From an uncultured bacterium (GTDB lineage: Bacteria > Chloroflexota > UBA5177 > JANWHV01): DNA of 64,000 nucleotides. A program made the position numbers and the translations under genes. The stretch lies in contig CAVSOU010000007.1 in the NCBI GenBank assembly GCA_963729625.1, positions 288,001 to 352,000 of the forward strand, written 5' to 3'. Positions 21,363 through 31,691 of this stretch are shown in pieces (the first letter of the stretch is position 1; each line of letters opens with the position of its first letter). Below the pieces are notes generated by a model that worked only from the letters and a program-made list of their open reading frames with translations, ran no database searches and was not told the origin of the DNA.

Positions 21363-22063
21363 TACCGGCAATCGATCTTCGAGGCGGCAGCTGCGTCCGC
21401 CTGGAGCAGGGCGACTTTGAGCGGGATACGCTGTACTCCGCGGATCCCCTGGAGGTAGCGCGGCGTTTTGAGGCGAGCGGAGCAACCTGGCTGCACCTGG
21501 TCGACCTTGACGGTGCGCGCGAAGGCGAGCCGCGCCACATCGAGTCTCTGGAGTGGATTACAGCAGGCACCGCGTTGAAAGTCGAGTATGGCGGAGGTCT
21601 CCGCACGCTCGCTTCCATACACCGGGCCTTTTCCGCGGGCGCCGCACGCGTCGTGCTGGGAACCGCGGCGCTGGAGAGTCGCGACGTGCTAGAGCACGCG
21701 TTCGAGATGTTCGGTGAGACGATCGCCATTGGGATCGACGCGAAGAACGGGCTTGCGGCCGTCAGAGGATGGGTTGAGACGAGTTCAAGGCGTGCAGTCG
21801 ACGTCGCGGTGGATGTTGTGCGCGCCGGCGCTCGCCGAGTCATCTACACCGATATCGCCACGGACGGGATGCTAAGAGGGCCGAATGTCGGCGGGCTGCA
21901 GGACGTGATCGCCGCGGCGAATGTCCCCGTCGTTGCCTCTGGAGGCATCGCGAACGAATGCCACCTCGAAGCAGTAGCCGCCGCTGGAGCCGAAGCGGCT
22001 ATCGTCGGCAGGGCGCTCTATACGGGCGCTCTCCCCTTGAGCGCGATGGCGCGATGGAGATGA
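21353..22063 (+). CDS. hisA: ProFAR isomerase
   Basis: [25 protein letters not shown]. Confidence 0.97.
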   Translation: MLLIPAIDLRGGSCVRLEQGDFERDTLYSADPLEVARRFEASGATWLHLVDLDGAREGEPRHIESLEWITAGTALKVEYGGGLRTLASIHRAFSAGAARVVLGTAALESRDVLEHAFEMFGETIAIGIDAKNGLAAVRGWVETSSRRAVDVAVDVVRAGARRVIYTDIATDGMLRGPNVGGLQDVIAAANVPVVASGGIANECHLEAVAAAGAEAAIVGRALYTGALPLSAMARWR

Positions 22064-22067
22064 TGCA

Positions 22068-22847
22068 ATGCTGACGAAGCGAGTCATCCCCTGTCTGGAC
22101 GTGACCGGTGGCCGCGTCGTCAAAGGCACGAATTTCGTCGGTCTTCGAGATGCAGGCGATCCGGTCGAACTGGCAAGGATGTATGACGTACAGGGGGCTG
22201 ACGAGCTAGCCTTCCTCGACATTACCGCGTCGAGTGATGGGCGGGAGACGATGATCGACGTCGTAGCGCGAACGGCAGACCAGGTGTTCATGCCGCTCAC
22301 GGTAGGTGGGGGCATCCGGTCTGTCGGCGACATGCGACGGATGCTGCGCGCTGGGGCGGACAAGATCGCGATCAATACCGCGGCGCTCTCCAATCCCATT
22401 CTCGTCGTGGAGGGAGCATATGCTTTTGGCAACCAGTGCATTGTCGTCGCCATCGACGCGCGTCGCCGGCAGGATGGATCCTACGAGGTCTATTCCCACG
22501 GCGGCAGACGAGCGACCGGGCGTGACGCGGTCGAGTGGGCCCGGGAAGTCGTCGAGCGCGGCGCTGGGGAGATTCTTCTCACCTCGATGGATGCGGATGG
22601 CACTAAAGATGGCTTCGAACTCGTGCTCACAGCGGCAGTCGCGGAAGCCGTGTCAGTGCCGGTGATTGCCTCCGGCGGAGCCGGAAATGCCGGCCACATG
22701 GCCGACGCCGTGTCCCAAGGTAAAGCCGATGCCGTGCTGGCCGCGAGCATCTTCCACTATGGCGAGCTCACGATTGGCGACGTGAAGCTCGAAATGAGCA
22801 GGCGCGGCATACCGGTGCGACTACCGAAGCACGGCGGTTCGTCATGA
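22068..22847 (+). CDS. hisF: Imidazole glycerol phosphate synthase, cyclase subunit
   Basis: [31 protein letters not shown]. Confidence 0.98.
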   Translation: MLTKRVIPCLDVTGGRVVKGTNFVGLRDAGDPVELARMYDVQGADELAFLDITASSDGRETMIDVVARTADQVFMPLTVGGGIRSVGDMRRMLRAGADKIAINTAALSNPILVVEGAYAFGNQCIVVAIDARRRQDGSYEVYSHGGRRATGRDAVEWAREVVERGAGEILLTSMDADGTKDGFELVLTAAVAEAVSVPVIASGGAGNAGHMADAVSQGKADAVLAASIFHYGELTIGDVKLEMSRRGIPVRLPKHGGSS

Positions 22848-23518
22848 CGGCTGAAAGCCGGATTGAGGGGCTGAGATTTGACGACCGGGGACTGGTCCCG
22901 GCAATCGTGCAAGATGCGACTGACGGAACGGTGCTCATGCTCGGCTACATGAACGCAGACGCCGTCGAGCTCACGCTGTCCAGCGGAGACGTGTGGTTTT
23001 GGAGCCGAAGCCGAGCTGAGCTTTGGCACAAGGGCGACACTTCCGGCAACGTTCTTCGTGTCGTCGAGGTCAGGGCGGACTGCGATCGTGATGCGGTGTT
23101 GGTGCGCGCCGCGCCGGAAGGGCCAACTTGCCACACTGGAGCGCGTTCCTGCTTTTCGGCTGCGCTTCCAGCGAGCAACGTGCACCCAGCAGGCGATCGC
23201 AGCGGTGGGGTTGTGCTATCCGACCTGTTCGAGACCATCGAGGGACGGAGACATAACCCGGAACAGGGCTCGTACACGAATCATCTCCTGACACAGGGTG
23301 TTGACCGAATCGCGCGAAAGCTCGGCGAGGAGACCGCAGAAGTAATCATCGCCGCCAAGAACGGACATCCGGAAGAGCTTTCAGCTGAGGTGGCCGATCT
23401 GTTCTACCATGTGCTGGTGCTGCTCAGTGCGCAGGGCGTGTCACTGGACGATGTAGGCCGAGTGCTGCGGCTGCGCGAAGGTGCGCCGCGCCGCCACAAG
23501 GAGCCGGACGCCGGTTGA
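22844..23518 (+). CDS. hisIE: Bifunctional PR-AMP cyclohydrolase / PR-ATP pyrophosphatase
   Basis: [32 protein letters not shown]. Confidence 0.96.
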   Translation: MTAESRIEGLRFDDRGLVPAIVQDATDGTVLMLGYMNADAVELTLSSGDVWFWSRSRAELWHKGDTSGNVLRVVEVRADCDRDAVLVRAAPEGPTCHTGARSCFSAALPASNVHPAGDRSGGVVLSDLFETIEGRRHNPEQGSYTNHLLTQGVDRIARKLGEETAEVIIAAKNGHPEELSAEVADLFYHVLVLLSAQGVSLDDVGRVLRLREGAPRRHKEPDAG

Positions 23519-23586
23519 CAATCTCCGCTGTTCGGCGAGTGCATAGCACGCACCGTGCCGCGATGGGAAGCGCTGCGGCAACCGAG

Positions 23587-24210
23587 CTATTGCCTCAGAA
23601 AGTACTCGCGCACCTTGATTCGCAACGCTGGCCACACCGTGTCGTACCGAGCAAGCTCCTCGTCACTCAAGTCGCGGTAGAGCTTGCCGGCCAGCGGCTG
23701 TATGCGAATGCTTTCAGTCCAGAACTCGTCGTCCGCTTCGCCCGCGACATACCGCTCCACGATCGCTCCGCCATTGCCTGATGACATCCACGTGCGAAGC
23801 AGCGTTCCGCCACACGCCAGCGCCAGAGCTTCGCACCAAACGGTGGATCGCTGTTCGCCGGACAACCCATCCATGAGGGCGAGGAGATGGCTGATTCGCT
23901 GTGGCGCACCGACGCCCTCGCCAGCGTTTCGTTTCGTCAAGAGCTCGCTCCACTTCTGCCCCAGCGCAGGAATACGCAGCCCCCCATCGCTGGCAAGCAC
24001 GAGAATGCCTGGGGCCAGGTCGGACCAAGCAATTGCCTTTGCGGCTGCGTTCTCCACGAAGCTGGTGCCGCGTTCGTGTACGTCCGGCGATCGAAGGCCC
24101 AAGTCGACTGGTACGAGGCAGGTGAGGGGCAGGCCCGCTACAAGCCAGGCCAATCTCTCCGCCTTAGCGGCATTCGTCGTCGCAAGAAGGATAGTCCTGA
24201 CCTTTATCAC
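23587..24210 (-). CDS. Divergent Ham1/ITPase-like NTP pyrophosphatase
   Basis: LLATTNAAK, SFVENAAAKA, ASDGGL; no C-terminal SHR motif. Confidence 0.8.
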   Translation of the reverse strand: MIKVRTILLATTNAAKAERLAWLVAGLPLTCLVPVDLGLRSPDVHERGTSFVENAAAKAIAWSDLAPGILVLASDGGLRIPALGQKWSELLTKRNAGEGVGAPQRISHLLALMDGLSGEQRSTVWCEALALACGGTLLRTWMSSGNGGAIVERYVAGEADDEFWTESIRIQPLAGKLYRDLSDEELARYDTVWPALRIKVREYFLRQ

Positions 24211-24216
24211 CTCTTA

Positions 24217-24588
24217 CTACCTGGTATCGTCACGATCCGCCGAATCGTTCTCCATGTCGATGTACAGTTCAAGCGCATGATAATCGACCCCGAGCCGCTC
24301 GCGCCACCAACCGGTCTCGCCATGCATCTGCAGCTCGTGCATTTCCCATATCCATCGCGCGTACGCCCCGCGCTGGCGAAAGAGTTGGCAAAGCGCATGG
24401 CCGTCCACTCGCCACCACGGGCGCGCCGATGGCAACGACGGCATGTAGAGGCCGAATGTCTCCAACCTCCAACGCGCCAGCCCCTTGAAGAGCAGCAGAT
24501 AGCCGTGCCGAACAAGGACGGCAGTGCGACAAAGGGCACGCGCGCGGACTGCGCGGGCGAGAGTCGCGGAGCGGCGGCGACGGCTCAT
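24217..24588 (-). CDS. Hypothetical Trp/Arg-rich protein
   Basis: ATG overlaps the upstream stop; ends 6 nt before the Ham1-like start. Confidence 0.65.
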   Translation of the reverse strand: MSRRRRSATLARAVRARALCRTAVLVRHGYLLLFKGLARWRLETFGLYMPSLPSARPWWRVDGHALCQLFRQRGAYARWIWEMHELQMHGETGWWRERLGVDYHALELYIDMENDSADRDDTR

Positions 24589-25130
24589 CCGCGATAGTAG
24601 CGGTAATTTCGATTGCGCCTGGCTGCCTCGACCATGTCCACAAGCTGCTTGTGGCCAAACGCATCCTGCGCCATGTCGTGCGATTGGGCAAGCCGGAACA
24701 GATCTCGGCGAAGGTAGCCAGGGACCGGATACTGGTAGTTGATAATGAGGGTGTCGTCACGCTCAACCACAAGCACGGCCCGCGCCTTCATACGATCAAG
24801 GCGCGCTCCGATCGTGCGGAACGTTTCCTGATATCCATACGCACACACCGGGCGCCGCGGCGCGGACTTGGCTGGACGGGCCGCGCGGGTCGCGTGGCTC
24901 GGCAGGCGGTTCCGGCCTGTTCGCTCCGCTCTCAGTCGGCTTGACAGTCCGGCCAGATCCGCGTGCGATATCGTGTCACTCACCGGCCTGGTCAGATCGC
25001 CTCTGGCAAAGCAGTGCCAGATGTATCCCTCGTCTATCTCGCACAGAGTCACGTACGCGGCATGAATCGAGTCAAGGTGCCAACCAATCGTGCGGAGCAC
25101 TTCTCTGTATCGAGGCTCATCCTGTGTCAT
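24585..25130 (-). CDS. Hypothetical protein with internally duplicated YxxxxRxxGxxLD domain (paralogue B)
   Basis: YREVLRTIGWHLD and YQETFRTIGARLD; colinear similarity to 25402-25992. Confidence 0.8.
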   Translation of the reverse strand: MTQDEPRYREVLRTIGWHLDSIHAAYVTLCEIDEGYIWHCFARGDLTRPVSDTISHADLAGLSSRLRAERTGRNRLPSHATRAARPAKSAPRRPVCAYGYQETFRTIGARLDRMKARAVLVVERDDTLIINYQYPVPGYLRRDLFRLAQSHDMAQDAFGHKQLVDMVEAARRNRNYRYYRG

Positions 25131-25401
25131 GAAGCCGATCGCCGTGCTAGCCACTCAAGCATCCCTCGACCACCGATGAAGCGCAGGCCATGCGTACCAG
25201 TCCAGCATCGACCAAGCCGTGTCAGGGAAAATGCCCCAGCACAACAGCAGTGCGCGCGAACTCGGTCCCTCCCGCGTTCGTGACGGAACCAGAACAGCCT
25301 GCAGAAGATAGGTCAGGCCGCTCGCCAACGGCCCGATCCGCCGAGCAAACACCACAATCCCACAATGGCTGGCGAGCGCACCTATAGACTTCGACGGGCT
25401 C

Positions 25402-25992
25402 TCAACGGTAGAATTTCGTGCCACGGAAACTACGGACATGGCGGACCAGTGCAATGATGTCGTCCTGGTTCAATACATCCTCATGGAAGTAGGTGCTCGA
25501 GACGAACCGCTCCGGCTCCATTTGCACGTAGACAGGAACGGTCAGCGTAAACCTGATCAGAATCGAGTTGTCGTCTTCGTGGAGCACGAACGACGTTGCC
25601 GCTTCGCGATCGAGCCTGAAGCTCAGGGCCCGCAGCAACTCTTCATAGCCGAACGGACACACAGCGTCGCTGCGCACCTCGGGCGGAAGGGACGACTGAG
25701 TCGGACGCGATTGAAGAGCGCGGCCCAGCAGCCCTTGCCGCTCTACGACGGGCTCGTCAATAACCAGGTCCGGCACGCGGCCGATACGACTTGCTTTGAT
25801 CGACTCGATCATCTGCGGTATCTCGTCGTGGCCAATGACACCGTAGAGCAGCTGGGAGGGGTTTTCGCGTGCGAAGCACCGCCAGATGAAGCCCTGCTCG
25901 GTCTCGGCAAGCGTCAGGTTCCGCACGTTCAGGCTGTCAAGATATGCACCGATCGGACGAAGCAACGGTCGATATTTCGAATCTGTAGTCAT
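25402..25992 (-). CDS. Hypothetical protein with internally duplicated YxxxxRxxGxxLD domain (paralogue A)
   Basis: YRPLLRPIGAYLD and YEELLRALSFRLD. Confidence 0.8.
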   Translation of the reverse strand: MTTDSKYRPLLRPIGAYLDSLNVRNLTLAETEQGFIWRCFARENPSQLLYGVIGHDEIPQMIESIKASRIGRVPDLVIDEPVVERQGLLGRALQSRPTQSSLPPEVRSDAVCPFGYEELLRALSFRLDREAATSFVLHEDDNSILIRFTLTVPVYVQMEPERFVSSTYFHEDVLNQDDIIALVRHVRSFRGTKFYR

Positions 25993-26252
25993 ACTCGTGG
26001 CGCTCACTTGCTGCAGTCTAGTGATCACAGTCAACCTCACGAGGCTGTCAACCGCTGTCCGAGTCACACGCAGTATAGTCGACCATAGCAGAGTCGGCAA
26101 GAGAGATTGCTGGGCCAGAGCCGTAAGATTCGCGCATCCGAGATCGGGCAGCTCATGGCGAGCCTGGCTTGCGTGCGCCGGTGGCCAGCCTGACTTCAGG
26201 CGCTGAACGGCTCAGCCGCACCTGCCAACACGCCGGCTCGCAGAAGATGACC

Positions 26253-27437
26253 TTAGGGAAGAACCTGGAGGTCGAATTCGAACAACCGATGGTATTCGCG
26301 CACGGCTGCGCGGTCCGTCATCTCCGCAAGATAGTCACAGATTGCACGTCGCATGCTGCAATCCGATCCTACACGCTTCTGTACCGCGGGCGGAAGTTGA
26401 GCGGGGTTCGACACGTATGAGTCGAACAGCGCGCGAATCAGCCGCTGAGCCTTGACCCACATTGTTTCCACGAGATGGTGCCGGTACAGCGCGACGGTCA
26501 AGTAGTCGTGCAGCGAATCTCTCAGAGCTTGCATCCGCGGCGAAAACGCGACGACCGCCGACTCCTGTCTGCGAATCTCGTCCGGACAGGCAGGAGCCAG
26601 TTCGTCCAAATTCGCGGCAGTGATAGCCACGGCGTCGTTCACCAGGACGTTGACGAGGTAGCGTTTGAGGCTGCGGCGCGCGAGGTCTTGAGGGAGACCT
26701 GACGTGCGCCGCAGGATCTCATCCCGCACCGCCAGCCACCACGCAGGGCGCAACTCATCGAACGTCTCCCGGCGTATCAGGCCCGCGGCCAGCCCGTCGT
26801 CGATGTCGTGGCAACCATAGGCGATTCCGTCCGCCATATCGCTGATCTGCGCCTCGAGGCTTGGCTGACTGAACTCGATGAACTCTCGCTCAGGTCCGGC
26901 GAGACGGTGGCTGCCGTGTTTGGCGATACCTTCACGGACCTCCCAAGTCAGGTTCAGTCCAGCTATGTCGGGATACTCCTCCTCGAGCAGATCAACGGTG
27001 CGCAGTGTCTGGGCGTTATGTTCGAAACCGCCCTCCTCGGCCATACACTCGGCCAGCACAGTCTCGCCGGCGTGCCCGAATGGCGCGTGGCCGAGATCGT
27101 GCGCTCGGCAAATTGCTTCCGTCAGGTCCAGATTCAATCCGAGCGTCTTGGCCATGGTCAGCGCTATTTGCGTCGCTTCCTCAGTGTGGGTCAGACGTGT
27201 TCGAAAGTACTCGCCCTCCAGCGTAATGAAGACCTGCGTCTTGTTTCCCAACCGCCGGTAGGCAGACGAATGGACAATCCTGTCCCTGTCGCGACTGAAG
27301 TCGGTGCGAAGCGGATCGTTCGACTCGCGATTGCGGCGACCCCGCGAAGCAGCGGAGCGCTCAGCATAACGCGCCAGACTCCGATCTTCGGATCCTTCAA
27401 GGTCCTCACGGCGCAACAGCATTGGGGACGGAAGCAC
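26253..27437 (-). CDS. dgt: Deoxyguanosinetriphosphate triphosphohydrolase-like HD protein
   Basis: RDRDRIVHS, KTQVF, RTRLTH, HDLGHAPFGHAGE, FEHNAQ. Confidence 0.95.
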   Translation of the reverse strand: MLPSPMLLRREDLEGSEDRSLARYAERSAASRGRRNRESNDPLRTDFSRDRDRIVHSSAYRRLGNKTQVFITLEGEYFRTRLTHTEEATQIALTMAKTLGLNLDLTEAICRAHDLGHAPFGHAGETVLAECMAEEGGFEHNAQTLRTVDLLEEEYPDIAGLNLTWEVREGIAKHGSHRLAGPEREFIEFSQPSLEAQISDMADGIAYGCHDIDDGLAAGLIRRETFDELRPAWWLAVRDEILRRTSGLPQDLARRSLKRYLVNVLVNDAVAITAANLDELAPACPDEIRRQESAVVAFSPRMQALRDSLHDYLTVALYRHHLVETMWVKAQRLIRALFDSYVSNPAQLPPAVQKRVGSDCSMRRAICDYLAEMTDRAAVREYHRLFEFDLQVLP

Positions 27438-27494
27438 CCTCTTCGCTAGGACATCCGCGCGAACCGCGGAATCGCCATTGCGAAAGGTAGCAGG

Positions 27495-29180
27495 TTACTG
27501 TGTATAGCTGCGCAGAACCCAACCATCTATGCTTGACGCCGGCAGCGCCACTTGCGCCCAGTGCGATGTCAGGGCGATGACCTGCAGCGTTGTACCCTGC
27601 TTTACCCGCGCGATCACGTCATGTTCCCGGCCAGGACCGTTCCGGATGTTCAGGATCGATGCTCCGACCGTGACGAATTGGGCATGCACGATGAGCGCGG
27701 TACCATCAGCCGTCAATTGCGCCCCGCCGTGTGGTTTCTGCACCGCACTGGCAACCTGAGCCTGCGACGCCGTCAGCGGCCTTGCAACCCAGCCCGTCGT
27801 GCCTCCGGGCAACACTACCGCAAACCAATGCGGCGTACTGCGCACCAGTTGCATCCGCGTCCCGCTATACACCGACCCGCTGACGGGATACTGCAGACCC
27901 GGACCGCTTCTGACATGAAGGAGAGGCACGGTCGGCACCACATACGCCGCCTTCGGCTTGAGGACACTCCCAGCCACAGTAATGTACTCAAGCAATACCC
28001 ACCCCTCCGATCCGTCGCGCGCCCTGATCCGCGCCCAGTGCGTCGTGAGGGACAGAACCTGTACTTTGTCGTGCTGGTAGACGGACGTGACTACCGAGTG
28101 ATTCTGCCCTGGCCCGGATCGCACGTTTAGACCGAGCACATCCACCGTGCCGATCGTCGAGCCCTTTGGTGGCCAGGCTGCACGGCCGGAAGTCGTGTTG
28201 CTGGTGGCGCCCCAGTCCTGGTAACCGGTCACATATTTCGTGTCGACCCAGCCCATGACGTTCTGCGGCAACGCGACGTTGATCCATGTCCCCTGCGTCT
28301 TGACGTAACCAAGCTTGGCGCCACGCAGGACGGTGCCGAGAATATGAGCCTGCAACCCCGGGCCTGAACGCACGTGCAGTCCGTCGCTCACCGAAACCAC
28401 GACGTAGTGTGCATAGCTCTGCAGGAAGCGGCGCAGTATCGCGTCGGACTCGAGGGAGAAGACCGGGCCCTGCGTGCCCGAGCTGGAGATGTAGCTCGCG
28501 GGCTGCAGTTGGTGAGCAGCGACAAATGCGAGGGGATCGAGATAGCCAACTATGAGGCTGTTGTTTCCAAACGTGTACCCCCAACCGTCCTCGTCGACGC
28601 TCTTGATCTCAAAATGGAGATGCACGCCGGTAGCAAAGCCCGTAGCGCCAACGAGCCCCAGCTCTTGACCCTGGGCCACCGCCTCTCCCGCATAGACGGC
28701 AAGGCTGCCATACGCCAGGTGCTCGTACTGTGAATACATGACACTTCCATCGGGCATGAAGTGCCGAATTCGCACCATGACACCATAGCTGCCGTTGTAG
28801 CCTGCCACCACAACAATGCCACTTGCCGTGGCATGCACCACCTCGCTGGCGGTCGCAGTGGCGAGGTCCACGCCAGTATGTCCGCAGTAGTAGAGGCCGT
28901 ACATGTAGTACCCTTGGCCTGCCGATGGGTCGCATGAGGTGTTGAAGCCTTGAGCAATATAGTAGCCGTTGCCGTTGTCCTGGCTCCACGTCGGTTGGAT
29001 GGAGCCGACTCCCACCGGATAGATGAACGAGGTAGCTTGAGATGCTCCGCCTGTGCTAGTATTGTCAAGCGACGGGGATGCCAGGGAAGTCAGCGGACCA
29101 AACGGTAGTGCCGTTGCGCACGACAGTACAAGCACTGCGGAGAGGCTTCTCAATCGCGATCGCGAGATCTGAAGTTCTAT
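27495..29180 (-). CDS. Secreted M23 peptidase with four SH3b domains; start uncertain (ATA 29180 or TTG 29153)
   Basis: HTGVD and HLHFE M23 motifs; four L[HN][VI]R[SN]GPG SH3b repeats; signal-peptide-like N-terminus. Confidence 0.92.
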   Translation of the reverse strand: MELQISRSRLRSLSAVLVLSCATALPFGPLTSLASPSLDNTSTGGASQATSFIYPVGVGSIQPTWSQDNGNGYYIAQGFNTSCDPSAGQGYYMYGLYYCGHTGVDLATATASEVVHATASGIVVVAGYNGSYGVMVRIRHFMPDGSVMYSQYEHLAYGSLAVYAGEAVAQGQELGLVGATGFATGVHLHFEIKSVDEDGWGYTFGNNSLIVGYLDPLAFVAAHQLQPASYISSSGTQGPVFSLESDAILRRFLQSYAHYVVVSVSDGLHVRSGPGLQAHILGTVLRGAKLGYVKTQGTWINVALPQNVMGWVDTKYVTGYQDWGATSNTTSGRAAWPPKGSTIGTVDVLGLNVRSGPGQNHSVVTSVYQHDKVQVLSLTTHWARIRARDGSEGWVLLEYITVAGSVLKPKAAYVVPTVPLLHVRSGPGLQYPVSGSVYSGTRMQLVRSTPHWFAVVLPGGTTGWVARPLTASQAQVASAVQKPHGGAQLTADGTALIVHAQFVTVGASILNIRNGPGREHDVIARVKQGTTLQVIALTSHWAQVALPASSIDGWVLRSYTQ

Positions 29181-29297
29181 GGTGTCACCTCGCTCTGCCG
29201 TCGGAACGGGACGCTTTTTGCAAACCGTAACAGGCGGGGCCAGCAGTGTCAATGGGTGGTGGTTAACAACCCGCCGCATACAAGATGGAGGGATGGG

Positions 29298-29486
29298 GTG
29301 GCAAAAAAGGATCCCGGGGCGGTGCAGAGGTGCAAAGCATGTGGTTCGCAGATGATCGTCGACGAGACCTTGGTCGCCGCACCTGGGAACAGGACGATCA
29401 AGCGACTGTTCTTCCACTGCGTGAATGGGCAGTGCGGCCACATAGAGCGGATACAAGACGTGCTGGTCCAGCAGACCGTCCCGTAG
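29298..29486 (+). CDS. Small zinc-ribbon protein (62 aa)
   Basis: GGAGGG RBS then GTG; MAKKDPGAVQRCKACGSQM...FFHCVNGQCGH. Confidence 0.7.
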   Translation: MAKKDPGAVQRCKACGSQMIVDETLVAAPGNRTIKRLFFHCVNGQCGHIERIQDVLVQQTVP

Positions 29487-29566
29487 CGGGTGTATTCGAT
29501 CTCCGCGGCCACACGTAGGTCCGGCGCGAGGTCAAGCGGACCGGCGAGAGCAGTGTTGACCCGGTG

Positions 29567-31096
29567 TCAGGCAATCAGGTCGGGTTCTCTGTTCAGGGGC
29601 GGCGTCACTGGAAGCACGAAGCCGAATGTACTGCCCCCGCTCTCACTGCTACGAACCCACATCTGCCCGCCGTGCTCTCGCACGATCGTGTGGCTGATGT
29701 ATAGCCCGACGCCAAGGCCAGAGAACCGATGCGCGCGCGCGCGACCTCGGTAGAATCGCTGGAACAACTGGCCTTGTTCATCGTATGGAATGCCGACGCC
29801 ACTGTCGGTCACGGTAACCGCGACCTCTGTGGTCGTGCTTTCGACGGTCACTGTCACCGGCCCCCCGTCAGGTGAGTACTTGACCGCGTTGTCGAGGAGG
29901 TTCGTGAGTACCTGTTCCAAACGCTCCGCATCGCCGAGAATCACGGTTGCGCAGCCACGATAGTCGAGGATGAAGCATCTTTCAGGATGCACGGCCCGCT
30001 GATAGTCAACAGCGTCGCGCACGAGGTCTCCAGTCTGCACGGGCGCCACGCGAAGGCTCATGCGACCGGCATGAATGCGAGAGACGTCAAGCAAATCGTT
30101 CACAAGATGTGACAACCTGTCAGCCTGGCGCACGATCTTCTCCGCGTTAGCGACGACTTCGGCTGGATTCATCCGGTCGGCGTTGGTCTGGGACAACTGT
30201 GCATAGCCCCGAATCGTGCTGATCGGCGACTTGAGCTCGTGGGTCGCCATTGAGACAAACTCGTCTTTCTGGCGTTCGCGATCTCGGAGCATCGTCACAT
30301 CCCGAAAGATGATCAGACCTCCGGCAACGACGTCCTGGCGTATCAACTTGGCCGCAGTGAACATGCAATGCACTTCGCACGTGTCCTCGCCCAACTGCAT
30401 GATCATCTCACCGGCGAGGGTATAGGGACCGCCAAGCGGCCAACCAGCTGGAATGGGCTCTGCAGACTGAGGCCGCCCCGCCACGAGATGGACGTTGAGT
30501 CCGCTCGCGAGGTCAGACCAGGGCCTGCCGGCATACAGATGTATGGCCGAACCGAGTAGCTTGGCCGCGCCAGGATTGATCTCCACGATTCGTCCGTTGA
30601 TGTCGAGCGTGAAGACAGCCTCGGGAAGCGAACGCAACATTTCCTGAAGCGAACAGAGACCGGCCTCCGCCATGGCAACCGCCGCGCGCGCTCGTACCGC
30701 AACGGTTTCCTGCGTGCGCAAGCGCGCGCGATCCCGCTCGCGTATCTGCAGTTGCTGTATGACCACGACTGCGGCAAGTCCCTGAGCCATGAGCGCCAGA
30801 ACTCGGTTGGCAAGGGCCGCCGTCGCATCCGTCGGCGGCGCGCCGAAACCGGCAATTGCCACCGTCGCCACCGACGTGACTACAAACACGAAATACGTCG
30901 CGCGGGGCGTGCCAAGCGCCAGCGTCAGCACGATCGGAACCACATAGAGTGCTGAGAAGACGATATCAGCCGGATGCCAGGCGTCACACGCAAACACCAG
31001 CGCGACAAGGACTGCTGGCGTGTAGGCGAGAACCGCAGTCCCAAGACTACCGCCTGCCGACGCAAGTACTTTCGTGCGCACCGCGTTCTGCTGCAT
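29567..31096 (-). CDS. Membrane PAS sensor histidine kinase
   Basis: TM helices, PAS, THELKSP H-box, NLLDNAVKYS, GLGVGL. Confidence 0.93.
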   Translation of the reverse strand: MQQNAVRTKVLASAGGSLGTAVLAYTPAVLVALVFACDAWHPADIVFSALYVVPIVLTLALGTPRATYFVFVVTSVATVAIAGFGAPPTDATAALANRVLALMAQGLAAVVVIQQLQIRERDRARLRTQETVAVRARAAVAMAEAGLCSLQEMLRSLPEAVFTLDINGRIVEINPGAAKLLGSAIHLYAGRPWSDLASGLNVHLVAGRPQSAEPIPAGWPLGGPYTLAGEMIMQLGEDTCEVHCMFTAAKLIRQDVVAGGLIIFRDVTMLRDRERQKDEFVSMATHELKSPISTIRGYAQLSQTNADRMNPAEVVANAEKIVRQADRLSHLVNDLLDVSRIHAGRMSLRVAPVQTGDLVRDAVDYQRAVHPERCFILDYRGCATVILGDAERLEQVLTNLLDNAVKYSPDGGPVTVTVESTTTEVAVTVTDSGVGIPYDEQGQLFQRFYRGRARAHRFSGLGVGLYISHTIVREHGGQMWVRSSESGGSTFGFVLPVTPPLNREPDLIA

Positions 31097-31181
31097 TTCC
31101 CTGTCTGCGTTCGGTTCCGGGCATAGGACTCGCGCGATCAGCGTACTTCGTCCGCTGACAATCAGATATAGGCATCTTTGG

Positions 31182-31682
31182 CTAGCTAAGCTCACCGCGA
31201 AGGTAGAGCAACGGAGGAACAGGCGTTGCAGAGGCCACGTAGAGGGCGTGGCCGATAAACAGCGTGTGGTCGCCTGCCGGATGTATGTCGACGATGCGAC
31301 AATCGATATACGCAAGTGCTCCATGCAAGAGCGGAGCCCCAGTGCGTGCTCGACGACAAGGGAAATGCAGGAATGCTCGTGCGTCATGCGGCGTGGAAGG
31401 GTCCGCGAAGTACTCCGCTACGTCCTTCTGCGTCGCCGAGAGCACGCTCAGAGCGAAGTTGTCACTGTTCTTCAGTGCCGCATCCATTCGCGAGCCTGCC
31501 TGAATGCTCAACGCAACGAGTGCCGGCTGAAGCGACACCGACATGACCGCGTTCGCGGTTACCCCATGCACTCCGCGTGGAGACGCGGTCGTTGCGACCG
31601 TCACGCCCGTAGCGAAGCACCCAAGAGCCAGCTTGAAATCCGCGACCGCGACGTCGGTATCGACGAATTCATCTGTATCCAT
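31182..31682 (-). CDS. Flavin reductase family protein
   Basis: FATGVTV, SVSLQP, GDHTLFIG, PLLY. Confidence 0.92.
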   Translation of the reverse strand: MDTDEFVDTDVAVADFKLALGCFATGVTVATTASPRGVHGVTANAVMSVSLQPALVALSIQAGSRMDAALKNSDNFALSVLSATQKDVAEYFADPSTPHDARAFLHFPCRRARTGAPLLHGALAYIDCRIVDIHPAGDHTLFIGHALYVASATPVPPLLYLRGELS

Positions 31683-31691
31683 CGACTCCGG

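Noticed and set aside
25155-25454. 99-aa ORF between the two paralogues
   Set aside because: Overlaps the upstream gene, has no clear RBS and no motif.
26253-27437. Anti-phage dGTPase
   Set aside because: Looks like the short housekeeping dgt type, with no defence-island context.
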